A stretch of 64,000 bases of DNA. Origin: Candidatus Bathyarchaeota archaeon (GTDB taxonomy: Archaea > Thermoproteota > Bathyarchaeia > Bathyarchaeales > Bathycorpusculaceae). Both the position numbers and the translations under genes were made by a program. Positions within the stretch are counted from its first letter, which is position 1. The number at the start of each line of letters is the position of its first letter. The notes under the pieces were generated by a model. That model had not been told where the DNA came from. It was given only the letters and a program-made list of their open reading frames with translations, and made no database searches. The DNA lies in NCBI GenBank assembly GCA_963768425.1, contig CAVYHV010000012.1:1-64000 (forward strand), given 5' to 3'. Positions 21,835 through 32,399 of this stretch are shown in pieces.

Positions 21835-22348
21835 AAAAAGTCTCAACGGAAATTTATTAGTCTACTTAACAGCGAAAGTATATATGGCTATTCAAAATAA
21901 GTACAAAAAAGGAACATTTTTCAGATTTGAATCAACAAAATCTCTTATTCGAACCGATAAATCTGTTTTTTTCGGTTTCTCACCAAGATTCAAATATGTA
22001 AATTTTGGTAATCGCCCAATGCCAACCTATTGGCGCAGCAAATGAGGGGTTTAAAATTTTTTTCAACGGCTCTCATGTCAAATTGCCTTGAAGCAACTTC
22101 TCCTAAACTGGAAAATCACTAGCCAAGTTAAGGGACTAAGCTCCATTTGGGGTAAGCCCGGTCCGACTCATCCTTGAAGTTAAGAAGGTCCTTGCTTTTA
22201 TTATGCGAGACTTTTCCGAGTTGTAACCCAAGTATGAGCTAAGGCTGGGCGCCAAACCCTATTTTCAGACATTTTCCGAAAACAAGTCCTTAACATTTTT
22301 AAGAAACAAAAAAAAGAAAGATGTTGATTTTGTTGTCGTTTGTTCGCT

Positions 22349-25059
22349 TTATGGTTTCTTTCTGAGCATAATCAACGCGAATCTGCGCCAATTATGATTA
22401 TGACTATAATGACCGCTATGATGCCGTATTCTAAGGCTGCAGTGGATGCGGTCCTGTGAGGGGTGTAGCTGCGGTGCGGGTTTGCTGGAGCACTCATTAC
22501 GTTAAAGCTTGTTCTTGGCTTGATGGCCAATACGCATTGTGCCGCCGAAGTGGGCATAGACAGGTAGTGCCTGTGATGCTGGGTGTCCATGTTAGTGTAT
22601 AATGGCCGCTCTCGTCGGTTGTGGTAGTGCCTACGATGTAAGTGTTGTGATTAGAGTCAGTAACACCTATCGTGACTGGAACAGCAATAAAGGTGGCTGG
22701 TCCTGGCTGCTGTCGTAAACGTACCCCATCCACTGAGTCATGCATGTGTCTGCTGCGCATGGGACTCCGTTTGGAAAGTCCCTGCCTGCTCAGTTTGTTT
22801 TGTGCCTGCGGAAACATCCATCACCGTGCCCGATATGACTACGTTGCTTCCAAGGGTTGTGACTCTGTGGTCCAGTTTACTGTTGTTCGGCTTGGTCCTC
22901 TGCCCACACTGTAAATTTGGTTGTCGTAGCCGTTAAAGGTTATTGAAAGCCGTCTGCGATGGCGTAGCTGCTAGTTAGGAATTCGCCTGTGTAATCCGAA
23001 AGAGCCCAGATTTGTAGTCCGGTTGTTGCATTGATAGCGCGTGCTACTGCACCTTTGAAGATCGGTGTTTCTTCAGTGTGCTCGGTGGTAACCGTGTATA
23101 TTACTCCTGAACCGATTGCATTTACGAAGGTTGGATAATTACCAAAGGGAGTTTCAAGACCAGCATTTGTACTATTGTCTGATCCTACTGGACCATTGCC
23201 GAAAGTCCACAATAGATTTCCAGTCGATATTGTAGCAGTGGAGTATTCCTGCGTAGGCGCCGCTGTAGATATTGCCGTAAGCAATTGCATCGCTTATGCT
23301 CCCTGACCCGTCTGAGCCATAGTAGTCAAGTGCCGCTTGTGCTGCGCTTGGCCCCCAAATTTCCTTGCCTGTAAGTCAAACTGTACCCGACAAACTGGTT
23401 AGTTTCCCTGTAGCTTCGAGAAAGACATTGTTAACGGGTCGATTCCGGCCCATAGGACAGTGATGTTGCCTGCTGGCGGTTGAAGCATGTTTGACCATAA
23501 ATCCGTACCCAGATGTACTCCGGTGTAGTTGTGCTCCATGCAGGCTAGATGCCATAGTGAGCCGAGAAGTATAGGGAGTGTCGCTTGATCCGCCAAAGAA
23601 GAGGTTTTCACCAGTTGAGGGAAAATTGCCAGCGCGTGCAAGCAATATATCACTTGGACAGCTGCGGAAACAGTTATGGATCTTATGGGTGCGCCGTTAG
23701 CGTTGCAGTGTTGAGCCATGGCAATGAAACGTTAAAGTCGTATAAGTTTGGTTCATAATTTGGTTCCCGCTAAGCTTTCTGCTCCGAGCACCGTGGTTAT
23801 CGGCGGGGGCAAAGTTGGCGTTGTTGATGGACCAGAGTATAGGTTATCCCAAAGCCTAGATGAATTCCATTCATACCTGATACCAATTTGGAGCTGCTGC
23901 GGATTCCGTAGTTTGGAGGGTACTGCCAGATTTCGCCGTTCGGACCCAACATTGTTGTGCCCGAGGGAGGGTTTGTCATGTTAAAGAGTGGTATCCTGTG
24001 AAAGCATCAAAAAATTCCCATCCAACCTCCAACGACTGCCGACTAGCATTGGTGGCCAAACTCCGTGTTGGTTGGGATCTTCGGCATCGTATACATAGGC
24101 GAATGATATTGCAGGACAATTCGTTAACGTCAGGCTAGCGGCTACCAGATTTGTTGTCCGTTTGCAGGTTAAAGCAGACGGTTGGTCCGCCTGAGGGTTG
24201 GGTTTGACTGATTGGTTCTTTGAAGATGAGCATTCCGTCCACGATTATCGGGTTTGTGAATTTTTGATCGTATGCAGATCCTTCAGCGTAGGTGTTTGCA
24301 GTTATTGTAGTGGCAGTTTGTCCGACGACTCCGCCGGTGGCTAAGGCATAGTCCACATAACATGAGAAGTCAGAGGCCCTACGTTCGTCGTTGAGCCGAA
24401 CTCTTCCCCGTTGCCTCCCAAATTGGGTCCGGCGCCGAGCGCTATGTAGCCAGGTGAACCGAAACCTAGCCAGTTTATCCAAGCGTGTACCACGCGGTAT
24501 TTTCACCGTATATGGGTCGCGTCCAGTACGCAGTTGGAAGCGGAGTTTGCGGAATTCCGGATATTGTCGTTCACTGAACAGTGAGGGTTGTTGATGCAGA
24601 CGTTGCTAGATAAGTCATCGCCAAAGAGCTGATGGGATCATTCCTGGAGTTATTGTTGTTGCTGGAAAGTTGAATGTGATAGTGTACGTTCCGGTCGTGG
24701 TAGGAGTGAAGTAATAGTCATAGTCTGATGTTGGGCTTACGACAACGCCTAAAGTAGTGGTTATATTCGTCCATCTGGCACAGTAACGATAAATTCAAGA
24801 GTCGAGGATTGCTGAATCGGTAGCTATTGGGTAATTCGGCTTATTCCCAAAAATCATGTTGAACCCACATGATAATTTCGCTTTGTTGACCAACGCCTGA
24901 TGGGTTAGGTGCCGCACTGATGTATGCAAACACTGGAATATTGGTCGACCGCATGACGCTTGGCAAAAAAATCATTGAAGCTGTCATTGAAAATGATAAG
25001 ATTATCGTGATGGCAATAGCTAAAGTTCTGTTTTTAGTTATTTGCAATTTCTTGTTCAT
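22349..25059 (-). pseudogene. Second PQQ-like beta-propeller surface protein, heavily frameshifted
   Basis: Fragments match gene 1 (FTNPIIVDGML, LWTFGNG, TTEHT.ETPI.KGA..RAINATTG, TTTDESG.Y.LTWTP, LEY-TM-RKKP). Confidence 0.8.
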
Positions 25060-25493
25060 TTTTTTTTTTCTCCATTTAATTTATTTTTCTATTGACCAAA
25101 AGGTTCACGGGGACAATAGTAGAATAGATTCATAGCAATCAAAGGATCACTGCTGCGCAGGCGGGCACTGTCGACATGTTCGCCACTTGCCCGCCGCTTG
25201 CTCAATGGCTATCACGGAAAATGTATATTTAAACTTTGCAAGAATAGGCAAAGTAAAGATTAAATCGTCATGTTCGTACAAAAAAAGGAATAATAAATGT
25301 TAGACAGGAGCACTGATTTGCAGTAGCAAGAATAAATAAAGATTTGCGGGAGAGATCACCTATCGCTTAGTCCAAATTTGGTCTTTGACACTGCCTTACT
25401 CTTTTTCCTCGTCTACTGTAGTTACAGCAAGACCACTTCTCGAACGCGCGGTTAATAAGTTTATTAAGGGTAAATGTCACGTGAAATAGTTAG

Positions 25494-25949
25494 GTGAACG
25501 ACATGGGTGAAAAGGAAAACCTTCAGTTGATGAAAACACTTGATAACGCTTGGAATGCAGGACCCAGCAGTCCACTTTGGGAAACGTTCAAGAAACGCCA
25601 TAGAGAAGACGTTAAAGTATACTGGCCAGCTCAACCTCTTCCAACATTAGGAAGGCACAACCACGATGTCGAAGCTACAGAATTTTTTAAAACCTTTGAT
25701 AATAAACTGACAAACAGCCCGTACAAGATCGCATTCGGTCAAGGAGATCACACATGCACCGTTGCTGATTGGACTGTGACAATGAAAGGACCGATGAAAG
25801 GGGCAGACGGAAAGATGATTCCGCCGACCGGAAAGACTGCAAAGCTTGAATTTTGTACCGTCGCCACGTGGAAGAATGGCGAGATCGTTGAAGAAAGATT
25901 ATTTTACGATGTTGTAGGTCTAATGCAGCAGCTTGGACTGAGCAAATAG
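25494..25949 (+). CDS. SnoaL-like/ester cyclase family protein
   Basis: GP...DGKMIPPTGK....FC......G.IVEE...YD....QQLGL. Confidence 0.8.
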   Translation: MNDMGEKENLQLMKTLDNAWNAGPSSPLWETFKKRHREDVKVYWPAQPLPTLGRHNHDVEATEFFKTFDNKLTNSPYKIAFGQGDHTCTVADWTVTMKGPMKGADGKMIPPTGKTAKLEFCTVATWKNGEIVEERLFYDVVGLMQQLGLSK

Positions 25950-26054
25950 CTCAGCCCAACTTTCTCTTCTTTTTCGTCTACAGGCGGGCTAAATGCATCA
26001 ACAAAAAATGAATAATTAGTTCTTGATTGTTAAGTAAGTATTAGGTGATGTTCT

Positions 26055-26909
26055 TTGGAAAGAAAAGTGGAAAAAATATTAGAACGTCAGCTAACTCTTG
26101 AAGGCGCAGGAGTTAAGCTCAAACGAGTTTTGGGAAACAACGAAAACTCCACGCTCGATCCCTTCTTGCTCTTAGACCATTTCGGATCAGAAAACCCTAA
26201 AGACTACATCAAAGGTTTTCCCTGGCACCCCCACAGAGGCATAGAAACTGTAACCTATATGTGGACGGGCGAAGTAGAACATGGCGACAGCATGGGAAAC
26301 AAAGGCGTAATCAGATCTGGAGATGTGCAATGGATGACGGCAGGTTCAGGAATAATTCACCAGGAAATGCCCCAAAAATATGAAGGATTAATGCAGGGCT
26401 TTCAACTGTGGGTAAACTTGCCCGCTAAGAAGAAGATGATGGATCCCCGGTATAGAGGTATCGAAAAAGATCAAATCCCCACTGTGCAGAAAGATGGCGT
26501 GAAGATTAAGATTATTGCCGGCAAGATAGATGAAACGGAAGGACCAGTACGAGACTTAGTAACTGGTGTAGAATATTTTGATGTGGATTTGATGGCTGGA
26601 AAAACGTTCGAACATGACGCACCTAAGAATTGGACAGTTTTCGCCTACGGTGTTAATGGGTCAATAGAGGTTCGAGATGAAGCGATAACATTAGGTCAGT
26701 GCGCTGTTTTTGGAGAAGGTACCTCGGTTAGGATTAACTCAAAAGAAGGGGCACGTTTTCTGTTTGCTTCGGGAGAACCACTAAAGGAACCTGTGGCATG
26801 GGGAGGACCTATCGTGATGAACACTGAGGAAGAACTGAACAAAGCTTTTGAGGAACTTGATTTAGGTACATTCGTAAAAATCAAGAAAAAGGGAGTTTGG
26901 CAAGAGTAA
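26055..26909 (+). CDS. Pirin family protein
   Basis: DPFLLLDHF, HPHRGIETVTY, WMTAGSGIIHQE, QLWVNLP, GPIVMN. Confidence 0.95.
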   Translation: MERKVEKILERQLTLEGAGVKLKRVLGNNENSTLDPFLLLDHFGSENPKDYIKGFPWHPHRGIETVTYMWTGEVEHGDSMGNKGVIRSGDVQWMTAGSGIIHQEMPQKYEGLMQGFQLWVNLPAKKKMMDPRYRGIEKDQIPTVQKDGVKIKIIAGKIDETEGPVRDLVTGVEYFDVDLMAGKTFEHDAPKNWTVFAYGVNGSIEVRDEAITLGQCAVFGEGTSVRINSKEGARFLFASGEPLKEPVAWGGPIVMNTEEELNKAFEELDLGTFVKIKKKGVWQE

Positions 26910-27101
26910 ACGTAACTTACTTTGTAACCAATTTGTGTTTCTTGGGTTCTGTTGTTGATTTTCCGAGTTAAAACCCCAAGTGTGGATGTAGACTTGAGTG
27001 CCACTTTTTTCCTTATCAGGGATTTCTAATATAAACAGCAGCTCAAGATTTTGGGTTCATAACTGATAAATCAATTGTTACACAAAGCAGTAATGATTAT
27101 A

Positions 27102-27293
27102 ATGGAAACCGAGCAAGAAGCGCAAATACCATGCATAAAATGCCCGTCATATAGTGCCGAAAAAAGAAAGTTCGCGTGCAAACCTCACATCTGCAAGGAA
27201 CTGTCAACTTGGCTACAAAAACATGTTCCGCAACTTGCTCCTAACACGATGGAAATGCAGTTGCAAATTGCAGCAATCCCCTACGTAGTTTAA
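27102..27293 (+). CDS. Small Cys-rich hypothetical protein
   Basis: CxxC...CxxxxC pattern; upstream TATA-like element. Confidence 0.5.
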   Translation: METEQEAQIPCIKCPSYSAEKRKFACKPHICKELSTWLQKHVPQLAPNTMEMQLQIAAIPYVV

Positions 27294-27394
27294 AGTTGCA
27301 GGTGCAATCTACATAGCTGATTTGTTGGTTTTAAGTTGTTGTTGGCGCTTGGCAGTCACAAAACTATACAATAGGAAAAACACTACTTTAATTT

Positions 27395-27976
27395 GTGAAA
27401 TTCAAGTCGCTGCATGGTAAGGCAAGGATTCTTGACCGGTCAATAGATGACTATATCGAAAAGAAAGGAAGCTTTGTTCCAATGCGTCTGTTGCAGCAAA
27501 AGGTCATTGATGTTTTTCCAGACGCAGTGATGGTTAATTTCGGCATGCATAAACTGGTTTTTCACCTGCGACATAAGAGTCACGATTTAGCGCTTAAAGT
27601 CGGGAAAGCCCAAGCTGTGGAACGTGATCATAGAGTTTATAGGCAAATGCCGCCGAGCTTGAGGCATGTATATCTTGCAAGGGTTTTTTGGCACACTAAA
27701 TACTCGATTTTACAAGAGTACGGGTTGGAAGCAGGCGTTTCTCGGCAGCAACTTTTGCAAATTCGGGCTTTAGCTGGCAAATACGGCTTGCTAGATATAA
27801 CGTGCGATAACATACGGGTAGTGAACGGTCACTTGAAAATTATCGACGCTGGTATCTCGCCTCCTGGGCTCTATGGATTATGGAAGGCCGCTGACACCAT
27901 AAGCCGCCGCTTGCCAACGCCTGTCAGCAGAATAATTAGGAGAACCAGGTTGATAGCCACCATCAGGCAACGATAA
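27395..27976 (+). CDS. Small protein-kinase-like fold protein
   Basis: ALKVGK...E, QEY hinge, D...DNI and KIIDAG resemble kinase subdomains II, III, VIb and VII. Confidence 0.5.
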   Translation: MKFKSLHGKARILDRSIDDYIEKKGSFVPMRLLQQKVIDVFPDAVMVNFGMHKLVFHLRHKSHDLALKVGKAQAVERDHRVYRQMPPSLRHVYLARVFWHTKYSILQEYGLEAGVSRQQLLQIRALAGKYGLLDITCDNIRVVNGHLKIIDAGISPPGLYGLWKAADTISRRLPTPVSRIIRRTRLIATIRQR

Positions 27977-28043
27977 GACTTGGAAACATCTCGTTTTTTC
28001 GGAAAAACATATCAAGCCGATACGTTCATCATGCAAGTGTAAC

Positions 28044-29378
28044 ATGACAGTCGCTCCGACGATTCAAAACGTTCATGGCTCAGATGATTGGCTAAAAGAG
28101 ATCTTGAACGCGGCGAAGCTGGGAAATACCGACCAACTTGTCACCCGGAGCTCTCAAGATAGCTTGTGTGTTCTCTGCAAGGGCTCCAGGTTTCTCTGCG
28201 GAAAAACCCGTTGCCCCATCATGCTTAAAGTCAACTATTTCCTCAAAAGCGTTCCGTTGATGGGTGAAGACATCGCGGGCATGTCGCCTCCTAGCGTGTT
28301 CATCGGAAGGATCGGCTACCCAAACGTCTACGCGGGTCCGCTCGTGCCTCCCATACATGAGGACACAGCTGTTTACGATTTGCCTGAACGCTGGTTTGGG
28401 AAGAGTATGGATGAAATTGTGGGTTTCCGCAGTATGCTTGTTCGGGGCAAGCACAGGGTTAACGTTCGAAACTTTATGGATGCTGGCAAAATTTTGGATC
28501 AAACCCGTGAGTTAGCTCTTGCGGACAGCAGTGTTGATATCGAATTGAATCTTACCAAAAAACCCCACAGCTCGCTTTTCCTCGATGATAATGTTCAGCC
28601 TTTTGGCCCTTCCGCGCCGATTCGGGACTTGCACGTCGGCAACGCTCGCTACGACGACAAAATAGAGAAGGCATACTACGATACGGACTTGCGAGCTCTC
28701 CCTGCGGTGCTTGACCTATACAGTAAGGGTGTTATGGTTAGTAAGATTCAGAAAGCTTTCAGCGTCGGCGCCTTTGGAGTGGAAAAAAACAGGCGTCTGG
28801 TACCCACAAGGTGGAGCATAACTGCCGTCGACGACATGATCTCTAAGAATTTGATGGCAAAAGTTAAAACCTTTCCTGAAATCAACGAGTTCAGAGTTTA
28901 TGAGTCAATTTACATGGATAACGTTTTTGAAATCCTGATGATTCCACAGGGCTGGAGTTATGAATCCATGGAAGCATGGTACCCTGGAACTGTTTGGAAC
29001 CCCACTGGAAAAAGCATCGCGATTTTTTCAGATTGGGAAGGCAACAGTGGGCGAACCACTTACGCAGCGATCGGAGGCTGCTACTATTCCGCGCGTTTGG
29101 CAACCTGCGAGCAGCTGGTGAAGGAGCGAAGGCAAGCTACAGTCGTTGTTCTCAGAGAGGCGCGTCCTGGATACATCATGCCGATAGGCGTTTGGCAAGT
29201 CCGTGAAAACGTCAGGAATGCGATGCGGCAAAAACCTTACCTCTTTAAGAGTTTGGCTGAGTCTCTGCAGTTTATCGGCGGAAGATTTGAGATTCCGATG
29301 CACCGCTGGATAATGCAGAGCGAACTTTTGAAGCAGGCATTGTTCCAAAAGAAAATATCTGATTTCTTCAAAGCCTAG
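28044..29378 (+). CDS. nreA: Nre family DNA repair protein
   Basis: CxxCKG...LCG...CP, SPPSVFIGR.GYP, LVPTRWSITAVD, GGCYY, C-terminal PIP box QKKISDFF. Confidence 0.9.
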   Translation: MTVAPTIQNVHGSDDWLKEILNAAKLGNTDQLVTRSSQDSLCVLCKGSRFLCGKTRCPIMLKVNYFLKSVPLMGEDIAGMSPPSVFIGRIGYPNVYAGPLVPPIHEDTAVYDLPERWFGKSMDEIVGFRSMLVRGKHRVNVRNFMDAGKILDQTRELALADSSVDIELNLTKKPHSSLFLDDNVQPFGPSAPIRDLHVGNARYDDKIEKAYYDTDLRALPAVLDLYSKGVMVSKIQKAFSVGAFGVEKNRRLVPTRWSITAVDDMISKNLMAKVKTFPEINEFRVYESIYMDNVFEILMIPQGWSYESMEAWYPGTVWNPTGKSIAIFSDWEGNSGRTTYAAIGGCYYSARLATCEQLVKERRQATVVVLREARPGYIMPIGVWQVRENVRNAMRQKPYLFKSLAESLQFIGGRFEIPMHRWIMQSELLKQALFQKKISDFFKA

Positions 29379-29471
29379 CCACCATTAGTTATCTTTGTAT
29401 GAAGTTTTTTTGATCGCTTGGTGACAACAAATCTTAAAAAACCAGTCTATTATACACTGAACTGAAATCTA

Positions 29472-31097
29472 ATGTTAAACCCTGCATTGAAAAGATTCAT
29501 TTTGCCCTTCGCGCCGCAGAAAAGCAGGGAACCATTCAATTCTCAAGTTGAAGAAGCTGCCGTGTACGCGTTTGCAGAGCTTGAAAGAATGAAGGGCGGC
29601 GGACTTATAATGAAGCAGCCAGAGGAGAAGCTTGTTTTTTTAGCAAAAATAGGTTATCCACTGTGGGTGGTTTCCAGGAACGAATCGTCCTATATTCTCG
29701 ACGACCTAAGCGCCCCAAACCTTGTCATGTCATATTTTGAATTGCCTTCGGTTAAAACTTTCATGGAAAGCCTTGAAGCCAACTCTAAAACTCGGGAAGA
29801 CTTCATAGCTTTCCTCTCAGACCACAACAACTACTTTTCCCAACCAAAGAAAGAAAAAGAAGTTTCCCTTGGGCACATGATTGTCGACTCGGCTTTCAAA
29901 AAAGAATTCAACGCCTACCGAAGAGAAGCGGTGGAGATCACAGGTCAAGCGGCAAACTATGCACTTCTTTCGACAATGCTAGAAGAAGGAAAGGTTTCTT
30001 CGTTTCTAACGGAAATTGTTAATCTGCAAATGGGCGCCAGGGACGACGAGGAGAAGCTCGCTGAATGTCAAAGGGCAATCAACAAGATAACTGGACAATA
30101 CATTACGGAACTTGACTACGAAGCATCAGCCGTTAGAGATGAGGCAAACGCAAAAATCAGGGCGCAGGCAGAATTCATCAATCCCAAGGTAGCCGCTTTA
30201 AATGCTCAATTTAAGCGGCGGATATCCGAAGTTGCCAAAAGCTTTGATCAAGAACTTGAAAACATCGGAAAGCTTAAAGCAAAGACGCAACGGAACATGG
30301 AGAGCGCTGAAGGCAAAATCGGGCTTTACCAGCGAGAAGCGGAAAGCCACGCCTCAAAGAACCATTTAATTTACGAGAAAAGATCGAAAGAAAAAGCTGC
30401 GCAGACCAAAAAGGAACTCAAAGCTTTGGGAAAGGAATTGAAGCGCACTGAGAAAAACTTTGAAAAACTTACAAAACGGAAAAAATCGGAGACCGCCAAA
30501 CTGCAGATTGAATTGGATGCAGAAATTAAGCGCGCACGCCAGCCTATCTTGGATCTTGAAGCCATCCGCGATGCAAAAATGCTGATTTTCAAACAAGAAA
30601 CCGAGAAGTTGTTTAAAATGGAAAAACCCGTTGCCGATAGTCTTAGTGACGCAATGAAGTTGGAAGAAACAATTAAAGGCAAATTTGCGATGCTCGGGAG
30701 TGTGGATCTGCAGTTGAAGAATCCAGCTCTCTTTTACGTTCCTTTTTACGTAGCATTCTACCAAGCTGGATTGAGTAAACGCTTCATTTTTCTTCCTCCG
30801 TCCGTGGCGGCTGAAGAAAGTTTCGCCACAAAAATTAAGGACGCGTTTGGCAGATCAAAGATCAAGCAGTTTTTGATTCCGCGATTCAAAGCTGTATCCA
30901 TGCTAATCGACAACGTCGAAATTCTGGCCAAGCAGGACCCGCTTGTGGATAACCAAATCAGAAGTTTAGGCGAAAAAAACAATCTTGTAACCTCCCGTTT
31001 GACCCGAGGCAGCATCGCCGAGGGCATCCTGCGTCTAAGAAGTCAAGGTTGGCTTTCTGACAAGGAATACCAGATTGTAATTGGCAGTTTGGCATAG
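29472..31097 (+). CDS. Long coiled-coil hypothetical protein
   Basis: Central K/E/A-rich heptad region flanked by globular ends; no Walker A motif. Confidence 0.7.
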   Translation: MLNPALKRFILPFAPQKSREPFNSQVEEAAVYAFAELERMKGGGLIMKQPEEKLVFLAKIGYPLWVVSRNESSYILDDLSAPNLVMSYFELPSVKTFMESLEANSKTREDFIAFLSDHNNYFSQPKKEKEVSLGHMIVDSAFKKEFNAYRREAVEITGQAANYALLSTMLEEGKVSSFLTEIVNLQMGARDDEEKLAECQRAINKITGQYITELDYEASAVRDEANAKIRAQAEFINPKVAALNAQFKRRISEVAKSFDQELENIGKLKAKTQRNMESAEGKIGLYQREAESHASKNHLIYEKRSKEKAAQTKKELKALGKELKRTEKNFEKLTKRKKSETAKLQIELDAEIKRARQPILDLEAIRDAKMLIFKQETEKLFKMEKPVADSLSDAMKLEETIKGKFAMLGSVDLQLKNPALFYVPFYVAFYQAGLSKRFIFLPPSVAAEESFATKIKDAFGRSKIKQFLIPRFKAVSMLIDNVEILAKQDPLVDNQIRSLGEKNNLVTSRLTRGSIAEGILRLRSQGWLSDKEYQIVIGSLA

Positions 31098-31240
31098 CAC
31101 TTTGATTTGTCTTTAGAAAATTATTGCTCTATCCCAATCTTAAGAGTAGAAATTCGCTTTTAAAATCTAAAAACTGACGCACCGGTTCTTAGAAGAAGAC
31201 TTATAGGGTACCAGTGTTACCCTTTTGTGGTTTTTGAAAA

Positions 31241-31324
31241 ATGTCAAAAGACCTTTTTGTCAGAGAAGAAGAAGAAGAAGATTGCGACGACTGCGATTGC
31301 GAAGACTGCGAGGACGAAGAATAA
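31241..31324 (+). CDS. Putative 27-aa acidic Cys-rich peptide MSKDLFVREEEEEDCDDCDCEDCEDEE (not in ORF track)
   Basis: Hand translation; TATA-like TTATA near 31201 and a T-rich terminator after the stop. Confidence 0.55.
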   Translation: MSKDLFVREEEEEDCDDCDCEDCEDEE

Positions 31325-31469
31325 ACTTCTTCCAACCCTTTTTTCTTTAGAGCCAACAAGAAAACTTTGAATCAAGAGATCGTACCCCGAATCTAATGAT
31401 TCCAATGGAGAAAACTTTGAAAAACTTTATGGGTTCTATTGCGATGATCATAATCAAAGGGGTTGTAAG

Positions 31470-31883
31470 TTGAGAAAGTTTACAGGAAAAACTTCGACGG
31501 CAATAATTCCTTTTCCCGAAGGCAAAATTTTGCTGGTAAAGAGAGACACTGTGCCTTTCAAAGGTTACTGGGCGTTGCCAGGAGGCAGAATGGATCCAGG
31601 TGAAACTGTAGAGGAGACAATTGTTCGCGAGTGTAAAGAGGAGACGGGGCTTGATGTGGAAATTGTCCGCAAAATTGGGGAGTACGTGGAAAAAGGCGTG
31701 AAAGACGAAGTGGAGTATGAGTATTACCCAACATGCTTCCTTGTCAAAGTGGTCGGCGGCGAAATTAAACGGCAGGAAGGCGAAATCCAAGAAATAAGGC
31801 TTTTTCTGCTACAACGAATGCCGAATCAATTGGCGTTTGAACACCTCAAAATGATTGAGGACTATATGAATCCGAAGGAATAG
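31470..31883 (+). CDS. Nudix hydrolase
   Basis: PGG..DPGET.EET..RE..EETGL Nudix box. Confidence 0.9.
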   Translation: MRKFTGKTSTAIIPFPEGKILLVKRDTVPFKGYWALPGGRMDPGETVEETIVRECKEETGLDVEIVRKIGEYVEKGVKDEVEYEYYPTCFLVKVVGGEIKRQEGEIQEIRLFLLQRMPNQLAFEHLKMIEDYMNPKE

Positions 31884-32294
31884 TTACTGTTTCTCTATTG
31901 CTTTCTTTACTTCAGATAGGACATCAGAGAAGTCGGTTTCTTTGTCTGGGTTCATGCCTTTCTTGGAAACCTTAAGCACCGTTTCGTAGCCTTTGCCATC
32001 AAGCATCTTTTGCATTATTCCCATAGCTCTGCCGCTTCCGAACAGGCGATGAGTAACAAACACTATGGCTTTTTTGCTTTCCACTTTAGGCATGCTTTCG
32101 ATGAAGGCTGAAGCTTCCTTTGCTGGGCTCGCTCCCTCAACAGGCGTACCTATGATTAGGAGGTCGCAGTCTTGGATGGAGGCAGGCTGAGTTTCTGCCA
32201 TAACGAAAATCGGCGCCTTTACAGTATCGGCTATTGCTTGGGCTAATCGTTTGGTGTTTCCAGTTCTTGAAAAGTAAACTACGCAAATCTTCAT
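31884..32294 (-). CDS. Flavodoxin-like protein
   Basis: VYFSRTGNTKRLA; IGTPV. Confidence 0.85.
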   Translation of the reverse strand: MKICVVYFSRTGNTKRLAQAIADTVKAPIFVMAETQPASIQDCDLLIIGTPVEGASPAKEASAFIESMPKVESKKAIVFVTHRLFGSGRAMGIMQKMLDGKGYETVLKVSKKGMNPDKETDFSDVLSEVKKAIEKQ

Positions 32295-32399
32295 GCTTTG
32301 AGATAGCGTTTGGACGGTTAATATAACCTTCTATATAGCTGTCTTTTTCCCGAGGTGTTTCATTTTAATAGTTCTGCAATAATATTTCCTTTGACCGAA

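Larger units (their letters stand above)
18708..22260. mobile_element. Degenerate ~3.5-kb island at the tRNA-Asp 3' end (no integrase seen)
   Basis: tRNA 3' end GGCCTGGGCGCCAAAACCCT (18708-27) recurs as GGCTGGGCGCCAAACCCT (22243-60). Confidence 0.55.
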
